Origin: Azolla caroliniana
Lineage: Eukaryota > Plantae > Polypodiophyta
Direction: 5' to 3'
Length of the DNA: 64,000 nucleotides
Assembly (NCBI GenBank): GCA_043228905.1
Contig: JBHGNT010000002.1
Coordinates: forward strand, 20,894,001 to 20,958,000
The notes beneath the pieces are model-generated. The model was not told the DNA's origin. It was given only the letters and a program-made list of their open reading frames with translations, and did not search any database. Shown one piece after another: positions 60,501 to 64,000 of the stretch; position 1 is the first letter of the stretch; every line of letters begins with the position of its first letter. The position numbers were made by a program, and so were the translations under genes.

Positions 60501-62360
60501 CTTGCTTTGTCTGTCATGCCAGAATTGTCGGCTTCATTCCTCTTCGGCCCAAACTGAGACTTGTACCAATTTGGGTTCGTGGTCCCACCAGCCTTCCCTG
60601 CCCTCTTATCATCCACTAGAACTTCGTAGTTCTGGTAGATGGCTTGCACGAAGCCGGTCTTCTCCTCTACCGGGTCGTCCCACCCGGTGACCTCCCGGAC
60701 CCACTGCTCTTCATGCTTCACTTCTTCCCTCTTCAGTCGTGCGCCAGAGACCCAAAGTCCTTCGTTTTCTGGTCTTCGTTACCTCGTACCCAGATTCTAG
60801 CAGATGCCGAATAATGGACGGCCTCCACATGGCGCGCCTCCGTTTCTTCTATTAACCGCTTCATCCCGTTGCGCTCGAATTGTCTCCACGTCTCTCCAAG
60901 TATCACTAGCATGCACCCGTCCATTCCACAAGTACACCGCATTACCCTTCAAGGCCTCGGCAAACTCCACGCAGTCCCGCCGGCTGTGTCCGACCGCGTC
61001 GCACCACATACACCGTTGTCCAACCGGTGGCCTCCGGTCGCGTGGCTGCCCTCCACTGTCTCTCCGGGCCTGTGCGATCTGCAGGTCACGCACCATTTGT
61101 GTCAGCTCCGGATGGGCCCTTGACCATGCCAGTCGAGGTCGGGCCTGTCTCGAACTTCCCTGCCGGGACGGGTCTCGCCGCCGATGATCCCTCGTCCCCT
61201 CACTCACGTTGTTTGTCAAAAAGGCCGCAGACTCTCTTCACCATGGCCCAGTCAGTCGCCAACCTGTCATTCGTCTCCAGCACGAGACCCACTTGATCTC
61301 GATCCTGCGTTTCCACAGCTTTGACAAACAACAAGATGCCACTCGTGTCCACCACGGCTCTATCCAGTGCCGAGAACTGCACGAAGCGTTCTTTAAACTT
61401 CCGGAGAAGCACTGGTGCATTCCTCCCCTTTCCGGGGGTCTCCACCCAATCCATGAAATCTCGCTTCGATAGACGATGTGCGTCATCGAGCCTTTAACTT
61501 TTCGAGGAGCCGTCCCTCAAACTCTTCCTAGGTCCGGCATCCGATCGTCTTCTGCCACCATGGCTTCGGCGAGCTCTGATCCCCTCATCTTTGACTCCTC
61601 TTCCACCTTGTTTCACGTCACCAAATTATGTCGTGTTGCTCCGCTTTCACGTAGGAAATAAGTCGGGACCATGGTGGGTCCTGAACCAAAGAGCAAGAGA
61701 GAGAAGAAGGCGGAGCGGAAGACGAGAGCAAACGTAGGCCAGTTAGGCCCGTTTGCCCCTAACAGCGCTTGCCGGCCGAAAGAACCACTAATGCGTAACT
61801 GAACCAGATGCACGCTCGTGTAAAAGAGAGACTCACAAAAACACAGAGAGAGGGAAACAAAAGATTCGATTCCAATAACAGTAAAGGTTATAGAGTTTCA
61901 AAGATTACAACCGGATAACCGGTGAGAGATCCAACCCAGACAACCACGCACTCACGCACATAGTAGCCTTGCCAAAAGGCACGCGGCTTTCCCCGTAGCT
62001 GAGCCAAGCAACTCAGAACCTGCAGAAAAACAACGAAAGAGGAGGAGAGAGCACGGTTCCCAGTCCGACAGCACCTCGTCCTCGCCCAAAAAGGCGATAT
62101 CCTTTCAGCCTTCTCCCCTTTCCTTTTATAGGCCTCTGGGGAGGGACCGTTACATCTTGGTCACATCACTTTATTCTCTGCCCCTTCGGAGAGAGATACG
62201 CGTTGATTTCCTAGCTAATAAACATTTACTACCTAGTACATTTACATCAGCCGAACTAATCCTAATTATGTACTCCTTATCAATACTTTAGTACGTGTGT
62301 AAGGACCGGTTCATACACCTTCTTCACGGATTCCGCCTAAGGCCGATTTTCTTCACGACG
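54523..62360 (-). mobile_element. Tandem Gypsy complex H (A-like family): truncated LTR - gag stub - LTR - full internal region - LTR
   Basis: LTRs 54523-55014 (truncated), 55571-56294 and 61629-62360; gag stub 55015-55524; degenerate IN/RH/RT/PR/gag 56295-61620; flanks ACGT / GCGT; host F ORF rejoins in frame (GLH-AYQGGKKLR). Confidence 0.88.
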
Positions 62361-62983
62361 GCGTATCAGGGCGGCAAAAAGCTAAGGCGAATCATATAAC
62401 AGTATTTGACGATACTATTTCCACCTTGAGGTCTGCCCCCACCACAGCCCAGCAAACCCACGCCACCACCACATTCCGTGAAACGGAGGTTAGTAGAGTT
62501 GGCTGCCATAGAATGGGATGATGAACCACAATCTTCCCAACCTAGCACGCGGACAAGACAAGGAGAATGGCCGGCGAACTGGGAGGAAGCTTCGTAGGAG
62601 TAAGAAGCCGAGAAATGCCAGGAAAGTCCGAGGCCAAAATGGCGTAGGATGGACAAGAAAGATGGGTGCGGACTAGTCAAAGACACAACCGCGGACAAAG
62701 ACATAACCGCCTTGGTCGACAGTTCCGCAGCTATAGAGCCCAACACCACTTTCGAACTAATCCGGGAACTACGGTCAATCATTACGAACCAATCGCAGCA
62801 TGGGAAAGGCATACTCACGGCGGAGAGCGAAGTCCTAAAGTACCCGGACATCCCAGATACAATCCATGAGTTCGGTGCACTACTACAATTTGGAACAACT
62901 TACGAACTCATGGAATTTTTGGCAATGCAGCAAATTAAGGTATCGCAGCGAATGGCGGAGGAGCACGCAGAACAATAGATGAT

Positions 62984-63217
62984 TGAGCGTGTGCTCACAC
63001 AAACAACGGAAAGTGAGGATGAAGGGCCTCTAGCCAAGGTTGGCAGGAAACGGAATGCGGGGATTCGGCGTATGGGCATCGAACTACCTCCATTGAATGC
63101 TGAGCGTGTGCTCACACAAACAACGGAAAGTGAGGATGAAGGGCCTCTAGCCAAGGTTGGCAGGAAACGGAATGCGGGGATTCGGCGTATGGGCATCGAA
63201 CTACCTCCATTGAATGC
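62984..63217 (+). repeat. Perfect 117-bp tandem duplication in F's extra ORF
   Basis: 62984-63100 equals 63101-63217 (ERVLTQ...PPLNA twice). Confidence 0.95.
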
Positions 63218-64000
63218 GGCCCTAGTCGAGGTACATCGGGAGTTGGCTAGAGTAAGTGTGGGAGCCAAGGATATGGCTAGCAAGAATAAAAACGTGTGGA
63301 AAACAGTCAAGATGACTCAAGCCCAATTACAGCAGGCCCAACAACGTATTACGGAGGTTGAACACAGCATCACTAGGGCACCGCAAAGAGGAGATTGCCA
63401 CACAACAGGACATTGTTGCTAAAGCAAAAAGGGCTACGCAGCTTGCGGAGTCTGAGATTGACTGCCTCCTCTCTGAACTCCGCCAATCCTCCGACAGAGA
63501 AAAGGACATCCGAGCCAAAGGCCGAAAGGTAGTGAAGGCCCTCAAAGAGAAACTCGAAACGGAGGCAACAACGCACACTCACACGAAAGAAGAAAACACC
63601 AAACTACGGGAGGAAGCCCAAAATTCGGAAGCGATGATCACAGGACTCCGGGCGTGGTACGACGAGCAACTCGTACGAGAAAAGGAGGTGAGGCATCAGG
63701 TCAAAGTCCGCCTAAACAATGAAATGGGCCGGCTGGAGGAATTACATTCGAAAGAGTCTTAGATATGGCCAGGAATGAATAACCATTATGAGGAAGCGGC
63801 TGCAACTAATAAGCAAGAAATCGAAAACCTCAAAAATACCCTAGAATAAGCGCAAAACTGCTGCCAAGTAATAACCGACAACGTGCGCATACTTTTTCAA
63901 ACAAATCGGGAGAGGTTTATGGCGCAATTACAAGCAGCGCTAGACAAAGGCTGGATGGAGTGGGTAACACAAGCGGCGGAGTTGCATACCTGCCGAGCGG

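Larger units (their letters stand above)
31219..64000 (+). mobile_element. Non-chromovirus (Athila/Tat-like RT) Gypsy element F, degenerate, interrupted by G and H; 3' end beyond the window
   Basis: LTR TGTGGT...ACCACA 31219-31868. gag about 48800-50187 (CFVCQQLGHYATQC), PR IIDGGSG, RT LDGFSGYNQ / FLDD, RH, IN to 53724, then an extra ORF from about 54075 that resumes at 62361. Confidence 0.85.

Overview
This is a eukaryotic window, probably from a non-seed plant (inferred from the retroelement types and plant-type tRNA primer sites). It is almost entirely nested transposons and contains no recognisable host gene. There are two nests. Nest 1: decayed chromovirus D (17796-21823) <- tRNA-Trp-primed Gypsy A (1-17795) <- chromovirus B (929-13967) <- Trp-primed Gypsy C (1395-9182). 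Nest 2: Copia E (28615-31218) <- Athila/Tat-like Gypsy F (31219->64000) <- Trp-primed Gypsy G (31936-48767) and tandem Gypsy H (54523-62360). Decayed LINEs lie between the nests. The stand-out object is a young, apparently intact 9.1-kb DNA transposon (36836/7-45951, 36-bp TIRs) inserted in G. It carries a Sola-like DDD transposase and, divergently, a six-exon gene for a 974-aa protein fusing a ParB/Srx-like domain to a bacterial-type beta-class N6A/N4C DNA methyltransferase. An array of 8 perfect palindromes lies in that gene's predicted first intron. Secondary signals are a conserved -1 frameshift site with pseudoknot between PR and RT, CpG-centred 4-bp TSDs, and tRNA-like A/B boxes in three LTR families. 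Family assignments come from motif recognition by eye, with no database search.
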